Below, piece by piece: positions 18,356-28,772 of a DNA stretch of 64,000 bases. This DNA is from Candidatus Nanohaloarchaea archaeon (GTDB lineage Archaea > Nanohalarchaeota > Nanosalinia > Nanosalinales > Nanosalinaceae). A program made the translations under genes and the position numbers. Below the pieces are notes generated by a model. It had not been told where the DNA came from. It did not search any database and was given only the letters and a program-made list of their open reading frames with translations. Each line of letters starts with the position of its first letter. The first letter of the stretch is position 1. The stretch covers positions 215,796 through 279,795 of the forward strand of contig JACOQA010000001.1 in assembly GCA_014297435.1 (NCBI GenBank), given 5' to 3'.

Positions 18356-19690
18356 CTATACAGTTTTCGAGACGGTTTTATGGTTTCCGGGAACCTTCGA
18401 TCTTATTCTCTCCAGAAGCTTCTCCATCTCCTCTTCATCTTCACCCTCTAATGTGACACGGACTATTGGCTCCGATCCAGAAGATCTTATCTTCGCTTCA
18501 ACCTGCTCTTTTCGGATTATAACAGTATCAAGCTTTCTATTGACAGTTCCTTCAGTCTCTATATCTTCTATTTTATTCACGGCTTCGTGCTTCTGGTCTG
18601 TTTCAAGGTTTTTCTTGGATATCTTTCTCTGAGGCAGTTTCTCCTGCATCAGGGAAAGCCTTTCATCCTTTTCAATTAGTAGTCCTGCTACTACAGCTGT
18701 GAAGAGACAGCCACTGTCATAGGGCGTGAAATTCGAGTCCATTAAGTGACCGTTAGGCTCTCCTCCAAAAACCGTTTCCCCGTCTGTAAGTATGTCACCT
18801 ACCTCGACGTGCTTTACCTTGTCTTTTCCAACTACTTCCTCGATAAGCCCGCTTGAATTTATTGTGCAGATAATTTTACTGGAGAACTCGAGATACTTGG
18901 CGCCAAGAAGCGCTAAGGTGTGGTCTCCAGGAATATACTCCCCCTTTTCATTTACAAAAACAGCTCTGTCAGCATCCCCGTCTGTTGCAACACCCATGTC
19001 GGCGTCTGAACTCTCTACTCTTTTCTTAAGACTCTTTATATTTTCTTTTTCGGGTTCAGGAGATCTTTCTGGGAATTTGTGATGAATATTTTCATTTACG
19101 GTTTCGACTTCGGCGCCCAGTTCCACCAGTATTTCTGGAAGGAACGGCGCAGAAACTGAGTGACCGGGATCAACTACAATCTTCAGCCCTTTCAAATCAT
19201 CTTCGAAAATTTGGTTATAACGCGCTATTACTCCGTTTATGTACTCTCTACCGAGATCTTTTTGTCGAATTTCGCCTTCCGCTGATTCATAATCCTGATT
19301 TTTGTATAGTTTCTCTAGCTGCTGTTTTTTCTTTCCGTGAAGTATTTTTCCGGTTTGATCCAGGGCTTTGACTCCTCCGAAGTTAGGGGGCATATGTGAG
19401 GCTGTGATGTTGGCGCCTCCATCAAAATTCTTCTTATTGACCATGTATGATATCATGTCGGTGGTAGCGATACCTACTTGGGTTACCGTACATCCTCCAT
19501 CTTTCAATCCTTTGCTAAGTTGTCTGTAGAAACGTGGTGAGGATTCTCTACCGTCTCGACCAACAACTATGTTTCCGGTGTTGTTATAGAAGTGTGCGAG
19601 TGCTCGTCCCAGTCTGTAGATTTTTTCGGAGTTGATTTCCTCTGGCACTTTACCCCTTATATCGTATCTTCGGAACAGTTCGTCTGTCAT
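18356..19690 (-). CDS. Phosphohexomutase (PMM/PGM/GlmM superfamily)
   Basis: FRRYDIRG, TASH phosphoserine, DGDADR metal loop, RSSGSEP. Confidence 0.93.
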   Translation of the reverse strand: MTDELFRRYDIRGKVPEEINSEKIYRLGRALAHFYNNTGNIVVGRDGRESSPRFYRQLSKGLKDGGCTVTQVGIATTDMISYMVNKKNFDGGANITASHMPPNFGGVKALDQTGKILHGKKKQQLEKLYKNQDYESAEGEIRQKDLGREYINGVIARYNQIFEDDLKGLKIVVDPGHSVSAPFLPEILVELGAEVETVNENIHHKFPERSPEPEKENIKSLKKRVESSDADMGVATDGDADRAVFVNEKGEYIPGDHTLALLGAKYLEFSSKIICTINSSGLIEEVVGKDKVKHVEVGDILTDGETVFGGEPNGHLMDSNFTPYDSGCLFTAVVAGLLIEKDERLSLMQEKLPQRKISKKNLETDQKHEAVNKIEDIETEGTVNRKLDTVIIRKEQVEAKIRSSGSEPIVRVTLEGEDEEEMEKLLERIRSKVPGNHKTVSKTV

Positions 19691-19739
19691 TCCTGCATTC
19701 GATTAGTCGGTGGACGAACATTAAAGTCTATGTGCCTAT

Positions 19740-20258
19740 CTATAGATGTTTCTTCGCATATGTTTCTTTGTTCTTCTCGATCTTATCTACAAGATCTTTC
19801 ATCCCCATCTCACTTCTCTTGAATAGAATGCCTGAGACATCCACTCTGTCAAGCTCTTCTTGAGTATCATCAACCAGCACATCAATATCATGAATTTCTT
19901 TCGACCTATCCTGAACAATGAAGAAATCGCTGAAATACTTTAGAGCACCAGAGTTCTCCAGTTTCTTTCTCTGGAATTTAGGATCTCCTCTAGTAACTAT
20001 AACCTTCTCATGGTCAAGTTTATCTAGCTGTTTCACATCACTGAAAAGAAAGTTATCGGCGTTCTCAAGTTCTGAAAGAAGTGTTTCAGGTTTTACTCCT
20101 AGAATATCCGCATGCTCCCTGAAATCATAACCTTCATGGTTTCTAGCTTTAGAATAAGTTTCCGAGAAACGGGAAAACCTGCTCTCAAGTTCTTCTTTAA
20201 ACGCATCTGTATCGAACAACACCCGGTCAAAGTCAACGCCAATCCTCAATGGTTTCAC
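19740..20258 (-). CDS. HAD-superfamily hydrolase
   Basis: DFDRVLFDT motif I, VTRG, VDD motif IV. Confidence 0.85.
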   Translation of the reverse strand: MKPLRIGVDFDRVLFDTDAFKEELESRFSRFSETYSKARNHEGYDFREHADILGVKPETLLSELENADNFLFSDVKQLDKLDHEKVIVTRGDPKFQRKKLENSGALKYFSDFFIVQDRSKEIHDIDVLVDDTQEELDRVDVSGILFKRSEMGMKDLVDKIEKNKETYAKKHL

Positions 20259-21453
20259 CGTCCTTCAATAATGTGTTGTCAGCTATGTTCTGCGTCACTT
20301 TTTCGTTGCTGTCAGTTGCAGCTCTGAAACCTATCTTTCTCCCAGGTTTGATCGTGGAGTTAACACCGATCTTGACTTCGGACGCTATTATGCTTCCGAG
20401 CTTTTTTCTACCTGTATCGTACATTTCACCTTTCACTTTCATTTTAACGTTTTCCGAATCGTTTCTCAGGTTCGCGGTTTTTGCTCCAGCACCTAGATTC
20501 ACCTTTTTCCCGATGTAGGAATCTCCGATGTAGTTAAAGTGAGGGATGCCGGTTTTCTCTCCTATTATAGAGTTCTTCACTTCAGACTTTCCGACATCAA
20601 CATCTTCTTCAAGAACCGTTCTAGGTCGGATGTAAGCCCCAGGACCTACTTCACAGCCTGACTTCACTACAGCAGGACCTTCTATAACAGAGTTAGAATC
20701 TATTTTAGCACCTTCTTCGATTATCACTTTGCCTTTTATCTCGGCTGAATCAGCAACATCACCTCCTATGCTGGTTTCATTGATTTGTTCAGGTAACAGG
20801 ACTTCGTTTGCCTCGATCAGCTGCCATGGATAGCTGCATGGAAGCCATCTGTCCGCTTCAACACACCTAACCTCTTCATCTTCTATATACTGGTTGAGGG
20901 CGTCAGTAATCTCATACTCTCCTCTTTCAGACTTTTCAACTTTCTCAAGCAGCTCGAAGAATCTTTCCTCAACAAAGTAACAACCTATATTTACCATGTC
21001 TGATTTAGGGTTGTCGGGCTTCTCCTCCACATCGATTATTTCCCCGTCTTCAATGTCGAATACCCCAAAATTTTCAGGCTTGTCCGCTTTTTTGGCAAGT
21101 ATAGCCGAGTCGTTATCTAGAACTTCTCTGACTGATTCACCGTAGATATCATCGCCGTTCAGGATCAGAGTCCTTCCATCAACCTCTTCTTTAGCCTGTA
21201 GTGCTGCATCAGCTGTACCCTGAGCTTTATCCTGCTCAACTATCTTTATCCCGGACTTTTCGCCGTAAAGTTTCTCAAACTCCTCTATCATATAGCCAGC
21301 TACAATTACAACCTCGTCAACTTTATCCTTGATTAGCTCTATATTGTGTTCGATTATGGGTTTACCTGCCACGGGTAGAAGAGGTTTTGGTGTATCACGG
21401 GTTAGGGGTCTCATCCGGGTTCCTTCTCCCGCTGCCAGTATAACGGCTTTCAT
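20233..21453 (-). CDS. glmU: Bifunctional sugar-1-phosphate nucleotidyltransferase/acetyltransferase (archaeal GlmU-like)
   Basis: LAAGEGTRMRPL..PKP, EEKP, hexapeptide repeats, HFNYIGDS, TGRKKLG. Confidence 0.88.
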   Translation of the reverse strand: MKAVILAAGEGTRMRPLTRDTPKPLLPVAGKPIIEHNIELIKDKVDEVVIVAGYMIEEFEKLYGEKSGIKIVEQDKAQGTADAALQAKEEVDGRTLILNGDDIYGESVREVLDNDSAILAKKADKPENFGVFDIEDGEIIDVEEKPDNPKSDMVNIGCYFVEERFFELLEKVEKSERGEYEITDALNQYIEDEEVRCVEADRWLPCSYPWQLIEANEVLLPEQINETSIGGDVADSAEIKGKVIIEEGAKIDSNSVIEGPAVVKSGCEVGPGAYIRPRTVLEEDVDVGKSEVKNSIIGEKTGIPHFNYIGDSYIGKKVNLGAGAKTANLRNDSENVKMKVKGEMYDTGRKKLGSIIASEVKIGVNSTIKPGRKIGFRAATDSNEKVTQNIADNTLLKDGETIEDWR

Positions 21454-21512
21454 TATGAATTCCAAGCGCCACGAAATACTTTATGAGTTAAGGTTGGTTT
21501 CATGAAGTCAAT

Positions 21513-22613
21513 TCACTTACTTATCTCGGATAGATCTGTTCTGGCATCCGGGACGAACTTCACGCCGTAGATAGAGTTGTTGACTTCTATGAAGCTTCTT
21601 GGACCGATAAATGACTCTCTTATTGAGGTGTTTGACTTGATGTCGGACTCCTCACCGATCACGGACTGTTCGACAACAGTTGAAGAATCCACAATATTTT
21701 CCTCGAAAAGAAGGGAAGATTCGACGTTGCAAGAGCGTAGCTGGCAGCCCTTGGAAACTGTGGAATCCGAAACAACTGCGTTGGGTCCTAAAATCGCACT
21801 CTCTCCTATATAGCAAGATCCCTCGACAACTGTCCCTGGCTTAATTTCAGCGCCTTCTTCCACCACAGCTTCTCCCAGTATCTCGACGTTTTCATGAACT
21901 TCCGCATTCCCATCTATCTTGGTTTCACTGATCTCTTTGTTTCTCATCACTCTGTCGGCTTCCCAGAGCTTTCTAGGCGATCCGATATCGATCCAATAAT
22001 CCTCAGCGAGCTCAAACCTTGCTTCACCCTTTTCAATTATCATCTCGACAGCTTCAGTAAGATCTTTTTCAGATCCCATATCGTCTAAATATTCGAAGAC
22101 AGAAGGTTTGAAAGCGTAAATGCCCGTATTCACAAGCGTGTTTTCTGGGTTTTCAGGTTTTTCTTTGATTGAGTCAATTTTATCGTTCGTAATGCTTAGA
22201 ACTCCGAATTTTCTGGGACTTGAGCTCTCTTTACTCAGAACAGTTACTTCTGAGTCAGAGCTTTCATGTTTCTCTATTAGAGATTTCAGATTATTCTCTG
22301 AGGTTGCGACATCGCCGTTTACAACCAGAAAATCGTCTTCGATAAAGTTGCATTCCTCTACTGCCGATCCTGTGCCTTCTATCTCTTCCTGCGTAACTAT
22401 GTTTACATCTGTGAACTCGCCGAACTCTTCACGGAACATCTCCTCCCGGTAATTTGTAACAAGATAAATATCGTCTATTCCTGATGATTTCAGTTTTCTG
22501 ACGAGATGTTTGACCAATGGCTGACCCATCACAGGCATCAAACCTGTAGGTTTCGATTCAATTAGTGGGAAAAGCGAGTCTTCTTTCTTCGCACACGGGA
22601 TAACGGCTTTCAT
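21513..22613 (-). CDS. Sugar-phosphate nucleotidyltransferase paralog with degenerate GxGTR loop
   Basis: VIPCAKKEDSLFPL..KPTG, NGD, EKP, VNTGIY, hexapeptide repeats. Confidence 0.85.
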   Translation of the reverse strand: MKAVIPCAKKEDSLFPLIESKPTGLMPVMGQPLVKHLVRKLKSSGIDDIYLVTNYREEMFREEFGEFTDVNIVTQEEIEGTGSAVEECNFIEDDFLVVNGDVATSENNLKSLIEKHESSDSEVTVLSKESSSPRKFGVLSITNDKIDSIKEKPENPENTLVNTGIYAFKPSVFEYLDDMGSEKDLTEAVEMIIEKGEARFELAEDYWIDIGSPRKLWEADRVMRNKEISETKIDGNAEVHENVEILGEAVVEEGAEIKPGTVVEGSCYIGESAILGPNAVVSDSTVSKGCQLRSCNVESSLLFEENIVDSSTVVEQSVIGEESDIKSNTSIRESFIGPRSFIEVNNSIYGVKFVPDARTDLSEISK

Positions 22614-23860
22614 CCTGCCAAAGTCTCAGAACCTTCAGCTTCAATAAGCTTTCCATCATCCACAACCATAGACTTCAGTTTGTCGTTCGCTTTCTCAACC
22701 TCTTCCATGTAGTCGCCGCCAATATTCTCTTTGATGTTGAAAATCGCTTCCATGAAAATATCTGTTTCTTTCTCCACTTCTTCAGGTTCTTTATCTCCTA
22801 CAGCTTCCAAGATCGCTTTCTCAAGAACTCTCCAAAGTTGGTCATGCATAAAGTATTCTGTTTCTATTTCTTCACCTGTATCTAGGTCGAATAGCTTGTT
22901 GTGGAGAAGATCGCCTGCCAAATTTTTGTCTCCTTCGATTACCACTAGTCTTGCTTCTTCGTCTACATAGGCGGTTCCTTCAAGGTGGGAGAAACCTCTT
23001 TCGAAAGGTCGATGTCCTGTTTTCTCTTCTATCCTTTTAGCTTCCATCAGTAGTTCTTGGCTGAGACCGAACCAGCTTGAATGCATCTTTACTTTCATGT
23101 CGCTAGAATTAAATTCTGCCTGTGTTACTGCTGTTGCTGTTTCCTCGTCTATATTCTCTGTTCTCCCGCCATGGATGGACATCAGGCGGTCGGAGTTCAT
23201 TTTTGCAGGCATTAAGTGATCTGTTTCTACTTTTTCTAATTCCATTTCTGTCTCTCCCGGTGTTTTCTCTAAAAAGTCTAGAATGTAGGCTTTGTGAACC
23301 ATTTTGTCAAGTACATCGCCGCCCTTGACTCCTGCACGTTTCATGGGTTCGAGAGCTTTTTCAACGCCCACTGAGCTTTCTCTGTAGGTTCTTATCTCAT
23401 CAACTTCTCTCACTAAATCAGTCATTTTCTTTATGACTGGGCTTTCTCTCTCTATGAAGTCGGTTTTCCACATCACCCGTTCGTTTTCCGCCAGTCTTTT
23501 CTCTTCCAGGTGTTGGTCTCGGGTCAGAGAGGCAGGTTTTTCGGCTAGGTGGAAGAATCCGTGTCTTATCGACTTCATGACGTGTTCGGGGTGTGTCTCT
23601 GTAGGACCGGAGTCGTAGATCATGACTTTTTCGTGTTTCTCTGCCTCTTCGTACATCTCCTCTGGATCTTGGAATGTCTGTATATCGATTCCGTTGGCTT
23701 CTGCGAACTTTTCGGCTTTTTCAAGCCTCTCAAAGTCGGTATCGCATACGGCCTCGATCTCTACGTCGACATCCTCGAATTTTCTGCTCATTCTCACAAG
23801 TTTTTCAAATCCGTACCGACCAAAGCTTCCTACTCCGATCTGAAATATTTTGATTCTCAC
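22610..23860 (-). CDS. Gfo/Idh/MocA-family NAD(P)-dependent oxidoreductase
   Basis: GVGSFG Rossmann motif, AEKP, GGDVLDKMVH. Confidence 0.8.
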   Translation of the reverse strand: MRIKIFQIGVGSFGRYGFEKLVRMSRKFEDVDVEIEAVCDTDFERLEKAEKFAEANGIDIQTFQDPEEMYEEAEKHEKVMIYDSGPTETHPEHVMKSIRHGFFHLAEKPASLTRDQHLEEKRLAENERVMWKTDFIERESPVIKKMTDLVREVDEIRTYRESSVGVEKALEPMKRAGVKGGDVLDKMVHKAYILDFLEKTPGETEMELEKVETDHLMPAKMNSDRLMSIHGGRTENIDEETATAVTQAEFNSSDMKVKMHSSWFGLSQELLMEAKRIEEKTGHRPFERGFSHLEGTAYVDEEARLVVIEGDKNLAGDLLHNKLFDLDTGEEIETEYFMHDQLWRVLEKAILEAVGDKEPEEVEKETDIFMEAIFNIKENIGGDYMEEVEKANDKLKSMVVDDGKLIEAEGSETLAG

Positions 23861-23996
23861 AATAGATTCTTTCGAATACCTCTGTATAAAAACAGTTGTT
23901 CAAGTTGCATCGAGGCTTAATCTGTTTGAGCTTTTAGGTCCGGACAACAGACGAGTATTTAAACATTTAGTCACTAGTTAGTTAAAGGGGGATAAG

Positions 23997-24644
23997 ATGA
24001 GTTCTGAGGTTTATCCAGACTGGGAAATAGTTCCTGGCTTTAAAGAGGAGAGTGGTAAAGAAGGGTCGAAAACCGTTACTCTTAGGCTTTACGATGAATC
24101 AGATAGGGACGACCATCACCAAGATCTATTGGACTTCCAGAAGGATATAGTGGAGTTAGATATCGCTTCTAAGACAGATGTATATACTGCCGCAATCGCC
24201 AGACAAACAGGTGTAAGCTCTGTTGTATCTCAGTACATAAGAGACGTTATGTCGGATGCTTCTCAAGTTCAGTCAAATGTTGACGGTGAAGACCTTTCAA
24301 GAAACTTTATGAAAGCGTTTTCCGTTGTTAGAGAGCTTGATTACTGGAGTAAAGCCTATGAGGGCATGACAGGAAAGTCTTATCTTTCCAGAAGTGTAGA
24401 TGATTTTCTAGAAGACTACAATAACCAGGAATTCTTGGAGAGCGTAGAAGAAAACGAGGATCATTTAGAAGAATATGCAAAGGACCTAAGAGATCTTGTT
24501 CACCAGGCTGAAGATGTTAACCGGGTACTATTTAACGGTAACTGGGACGACAGAGTCAAACAAGACGTCGAGAGAATGCAGATGGAACTAGAAGATTTCA
24601 AAAATCCATATCTTCTTGGTCTCAGGATGAAGACGGGCGTATAG
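23997..24644 (+). CDS. Acidic hypothetical protein
   Basis: 215-aa ORF. Confidence 0.75.
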   Translation: MSSEVYPDWEIVPGFKEESGKEGSKTVTLRLYDESDRDDHHQDLLDFQKDIVELDIASKTDVYTAAIARQTGVSSVVSQYIRDVMSDASQVQSNVDGEDLSRNFMKAFSVVRELDYWSKAYEGMTGKSYLSRSVDDFLEDYNNQEFLESVEENEDHLEEYAKDLRDLVHQAEDVNRVLFNGNWDDRVKQDVERMQMELEDFKNPYLLGLRMKTGV

Positions 24645-24710
24645 ACTGCCAAAACTCCTACCCTATTTAAAACTTAACTTCCAGCGTTTCTACAAGAGGT
24701 TTTCAAAACA

Positions 24711-25232
24711 ATGGGAGACAGACCTGCACGAATCTACAGGGAACATCCTGGTCAGCCATACACCAGGAAGTCCCAGCAAGGAAAAGACAACTACATCAAG
24801 GGAGCTCCGGCTCCAAGAGTAACCCAGTACGAACAGGGAGCCAAAAAGAAAGAGTTCCAGAAAAAAGTGGTAATGAGAATTGGGGAAGACTGCAACGTAA
24901 GATCCGAGGCACTAGAAGCCGGGAGGGTTGCAGCCAACTCCCACCTATCAAAGGTAATGGATCCTGAAGAGGATTACTTCCTTCAGATCAGACCTTACCC
25001 TCACCACGTTCTGAGATACCACCCTCTGGCTGGTGTTGCACAGGCAGACCGTTACTACGAAGGTATGCGTAAGCCTTTCGGACGACCGATCGGAAGAGCA
25101 GCAATCGTCGACAAAGACCAGATTCTCTACGAGATTAATGTCGATGAAGGTGACGTTCAGGAAGCCAAGAAGGCTCTGGAGCGTGCTAACCACAAGATGC
25201 CGGTACCATGCCGGGTACTTGTAGAAGAGTAG
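24711..25232 (+). CDS. rpl10e: 50S ribosomal protein uL16 (L10e)
   Basis: RPARIYR, ALEAGRVAAN, YPHHVLR, ADR..GMRKPFGRPIGRAA. Confidence 0.97.
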   Translation: MGDRPARIYREHPGQPYTRKSQQGKDNYIKGAPAPRVTQYEQGAKKKEFQKKVVMRIGEDCNVRSEALEAGRVAANSHLSKVMDPEEDYFLQIRPYPHHVLRYHPLAGVAQADRYYEGMRKPFGRPIGRAAIVDKDQILYEINVDEGDVQEAKKALERANHKMPVPCRVLVEE

Positions 25233-25292
25233 ATTCTTCTCAATTTCCTTTTTTCCCTTAACTATTAATTCGAGTAAAACCCGTTCTTTCCC

Positions 25293-26858
25293 ATGGTAGA
25301 GTGGAAAGGAAAACTCGAAGGAGATGTAGGAGAGAAAGCTTCCCTACTGGACAGGATTGATGCATTTCCGGTACCCAACTTCTTTGTTATAACTCCAGAT
25401 GAAGTATCTCAATTATTCAAAGACGTTAGAGACCATGAACGTGTGCTTAACGCGCAAGTTAAGGGAGAGGTTAAGAACGATATTAAAGACGCTTACGAGG
25501 ATATCGGGATGAGCTCCGAGGTCAGAACGGCTGCTGGCAGAGCTAAAAATCTTGTGGGGGGACAGAGAAACAATCAACTAGTATCTATAAGGATTTCAGG
25601 TCGAGGACAGTACGAATACAGACTAAATATAGGTTCCTCCAATCTTTTCCGCTCAATCAAGGAAGTCGCAGCATCCTACTATGAAGAGAACGATGATGAT
25701 CCTTCTATCATAGTCCAGAAAATGGTTGAAGCGGACTACTCAGGAGCTGCGATCGACTCGAACAGGAGAAGCATACTCGAGGTCGTCGAAGGTCTAGGAA
25801 AGTCTCTTGAAGAAGGAATATCAACGCCACACCTCTACATGGTCGAAAGAAACGAAGTTATAGAAAAAAGGAAAGCGGAAAGACAGCTTAAAGTCACTAG
25901 AAATCCGATTAACGGTGATGAGAAACGGAAAAATACGGAGCCTAGGAGCATGCCTTTCTCGGATCAAGAGGTCGAAGAGTTATTTGAGAAGATTTCGAGC
26001 TCAGGTATGAACCTCAAGTTCGCCTATAAGAGAGGAGACTTCCATATTGTCGATGTGTGGAGAGGAAACCCCGAGATCGCACAGAACGGTTTAAACGGTG
26101 TAAGAGTTTCAAATGGCGCTATAAGTGGAAAGGTAGGCAGAGATATCGAGTTTTCGGATGCCACTATACCTTCTGGTCAGTACGACAAAGCTTTGATCTC
26201 CCGGAAAGGAGGTTACAGCTCGAGAGATGCAGAAAAAGCACGAGAAAAAGAAAAACCTGCGATATTCAGCTTTAACGGAGAACTTGAGAACGGACAACAA
26301 ATAGAAATTTCGGAGAGCTCGGTTAAGGTAAAGCAGAAAAACAGTTCGAAGCTCCAGGATATTAACCCGTTTAGCTCCGGCAAAACAGAGCAAAAAACCG
26401 AGAGAACTCCGGAAGAAGACAATGACGAGGAAAGAGTTGAGGAAAAAATAAATATTAATGCTACAGAAGTTCTGCCAATAAACCCTTCAAGAGGCAGAGG
26501 CTTACATCTTTCTCCGCCCTATGGGAAGGGCTTTACGCTTGGTAACTCAGGTAAAGGGAATGTAGATAGGCAGGGATATGTTAATTCTTTCCGTGAGCTG
26601 TTCGCTTTCGAAAATGAAAATCTTATCTTCGATACTCGTGGTCTTGAACCAGAAGGTTTGTTGAACGCTATAGAGTACATCGAGGCAGATCTGAAGATTC
26701 TTGTGGTCGACAATCCATCGCCTGAGTTGCTTCAAAAAGCCGTAGAGGAAGACTTCGACGTGATAGCTGCGGAAGAAAGAACGATTAACTCGGTTAAGAG
26801 AAAGGTGGCACGAGCCGAGAAGAAGTTTATGATCGACCGTCTCCGTGATCTGGACTAA
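25293..26858 (+). CDS. PEP-synthase/PPDK-like protein, degenerate
   Basis: VGEKA..L..PVPNFFV, IIVQKMV, GLGKSLEEG ATP-grasp motifs; swivel motif GGYSSRDA lacks His. Confidence 0.75.
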   Translation: MVEWKGKLEGDVGEKASLLDRIDAFPVPNFFVITPDEVSQLFKDVRDHERVLNAQVKGEVKNDIKDAYEDIGMSSEVRTAAGRAKNLVGGQRNNQLVSIRISGRGQYEYRLNIGSSNLFRSIKEVAASYYEENDDDPSIIVQKMVEADYSGAAIDSNRRSILEVVEGLGKSLEEGISTPHLYMVERNEVIEKRKAERQLKVTRNPINGDEKRKNTEPRSMPFSDQEVEELFEKISSSGMNLKFAYKRGDFHIVDVWRGNPEIAQNGLNGVRVSNGAISGKVGRDIEFSDATIPSGQYDKALISRKGGYSSRDAEKAREKEKPAIFSFNGELENGQQIEISESSVKVKQKNSSKLQDINPFSSGKTEQKTERTPEEDNDEERVEEKININATEVLPINPSRGRGLHLSPPYGKGFTLGNSGKGNVDRQGYVNSFRELFAFENENLIFDTRGLEPEGLLNAIEYIEADLKILVVDNPSPELLQKAVEEDFDVIAAEERTINSVKRKVARAEKKFMIDRLRDLD

Positions 26859-26885
26859 AAAAGATTCCGTACCATTCTACTTTTT

Positions 26886-27893
26886 ATGACAGAACAGGAA
26901 AACCCGGAGAGGGAACAGTACAATTACGAAAGTCTAGACGAAATTCTTGAAGAAGTCAAGAAGGAAGACTACGACAAAGTAGGTTTACAGGGTCCTGACG
27001 GAATCAAACCTGAATTGATCGAGATAGCTGACGAACTTAGAGAACACGATATTGAACCTGTAATGGTTGGTGCCTCAACTTTCGGAGCCTGTGGAATAGC
27101 CAACGAGAAAGTTGAACGGATGGGTGCTGATGCACTTATCCACGTAGGACATACAAGATTTCTTCACCCGGAGAAAGCCGATATGAAAGACTTCGATGTC
27201 TACTATCTCCCTTACAGGGAAGACAGGGACCTCATGGGAGTTCTGGAAGAACATTATGAGGAGATCGAAGCTGAAAAGGTCGGTCTCGTCGGCGTAACTC
27301 AGTACATGGACCGTGCGGATAAAGCACGAGAATTTCTACGTGATAAAGGCTTCGAAGTAGTTGAAGGGAAGACTGGCTTAAGAACAACTGAGCCGGGACA
27401 GGTATTAGGTTGTGATGCAGGAGCTGCACACAATATTGCGCACAAGGTCGATGCGTTTGTATTCCTTGGTTCAGGACACTTCCATCCATCCCAGGTCTCG
27501 GAGACAGGGAAGGAAGTGTACGTTGTTGATCCCTACGAAAAGCATATCTGGGTTGAACCAGCAAACAGCTTGGGGGATGAGATGCAGGCTGAAATAGCCC
27601 GTGTTATGAAGCACAAGGATAAGAAGAAGTGGGGTATAGTAACCTCTTCGAAGAAAGGTCAAAACTACATGCGGGCAGTAGAGATTGCGAAAGAGAAGCT
27701 AGAGGAGCATGGTAAAGAGGTCTACATCTTTGTTGAAGACAGAATTTTCGAGTCTGACTACAAAGGTTATGGGATTGATATCTACGTTAACTGTGCCTGT
27801 CCACGTATGACTAAGGACTGGAGGGATCTAGCTTTTGTCTCTCCTAAGGCACTTGATGCTCTGGACGAGGTTGAAGAAATGGAAACAAAATAG
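26886..27893 (+). CDS. dph2: Diphthamide biosynthesis enzyme Dph2
   Basis: LQGPDG, FGAC, HVGH, GQVLGCD, CACPR Fe-S cysteines. Confidence 0.93.
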   Translation: MTEQENPEREQYNYESLDEILEEVKKEDYDKVGLQGPDGIKPELIEIADELREHDIEPVMVGASTFGACGIANEKVERMGADALIHVGHTRFLHPEKADMKDFDVYYLPYREDRDLMGVLEEHYEEIEAEKVGLVGVTQYMDRADKAREFLRDKGFEVVEGKTGLRTTEPGQVLGCDAGAAHNIAHKVDAFVFLGSGHFHPSQVSETGKEVYVVDPYEKHIWVEPANSLGDEMQAEIARVMKHKDKKKWGIVTSSKKGQNYMRAVEIAKEKLEEHGKEVYIFVEDRIFESDYKGYGIDIYVNCACPRMTKDWRDLAFVSPKALDALDEVEEMETK

Positions 27894-27950
27894 TGTTACG
27901 TCTTTCCAACAACAAGTTATTTATTTACTAATTTACAATATATCTAGTAT

Positions 27951-28709
27951 ATGAGTATGGATCCTTTGCTTGAGAGATCCGAAGAAAATCTTCTTAGGGA
28001 GGACGAAAGACTTCTCCAACGCGACGACACAAAAGTTGGTGAGGGCGCCAACACATCAGCACACAGGAACCATTACAACCAGATAATCAAGTCAAGACCT
28101 TACGATCCGGAAAGCGATGACGCAGGTATGAATCCTTCTGAAAAAGAAAATCTACTTAAACAGCTTGATAGAGCAGTATGGACCGACGTGGGAAAAAGAG
28201 AAGTTGATGCACCCTTCGAGTACATGCTCGTGAGGATGGAAAGAGGTATAGAGCACGCGGAGGCTGTAGATAGGTACAGTCCTAATGTGGACCAGCTTGT
28301 GGCTGAGGATCTCGATATGTTCTTTGATATGCGTGAGGAAGGCGTAACTTATAGGGACTTCAAACCCGATAATATAGGTTACTTCCCAGGAGACGGTGAC
28401 TGCCAAGGATTCTGGAGCGACCCCGATAGCTACAACTGGGAAACTGTTGTTGCAAGACCGATTGATGTCATGGACGAAGGACTGAAAAGGGAGGAAAACC
28501 TTTCAAACACGGAAATGGCTAAAGTACTCGACATATACATTGGAGATGTTCCGGGAGAAGAGGGAATCGTAGATTTATACACTGTCTCGACCGAAGATGC
28601 TGAAAGAGCTGTTCTCAACTACCTCGGATTGGATGGAGAAGTAACCGGCGACCCATACATGGACATGAGGCGTGTTTTCCACAAAGAAGGCACGATTAAA
28701 TCTAATTAG
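27951..28709 (+). CDS. Protein-kinase-like protein
   Basis: VGEGANT Gly-loop, IIK lysine, YRDFKPDNI catalytic loop, PIDV at DFG position. Confidence 0.7.
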   Translation: MSMDPLLERSEENLLREDERLLQRDDTKVGEGANTSAHRNHYNQIIKSRPYDPESDDAGMNPSEKENLLKQLDRAVWTDVGKREVDAPFEYMLVRMERGIEHAEAVDRYSPNVDQLVAEDLDMFFDMREEGVTYRDFKPDNIGYFPGDGDCQGFWSDPDSYNWETVVARPIDVMDEGLKREENLSNTEMAKVLDIYIGDVPGEEGIVDLYTVSTEDAERAVLNYLGLDGEVTGDPYMDMRRVFHKEGTIKSN

Positions 28710-28772
28710 CGAATTATAAGGTTGAAATCAATTAAAATAATTGCTTTATTGTGAAAAGATAAACTAGTTTCG

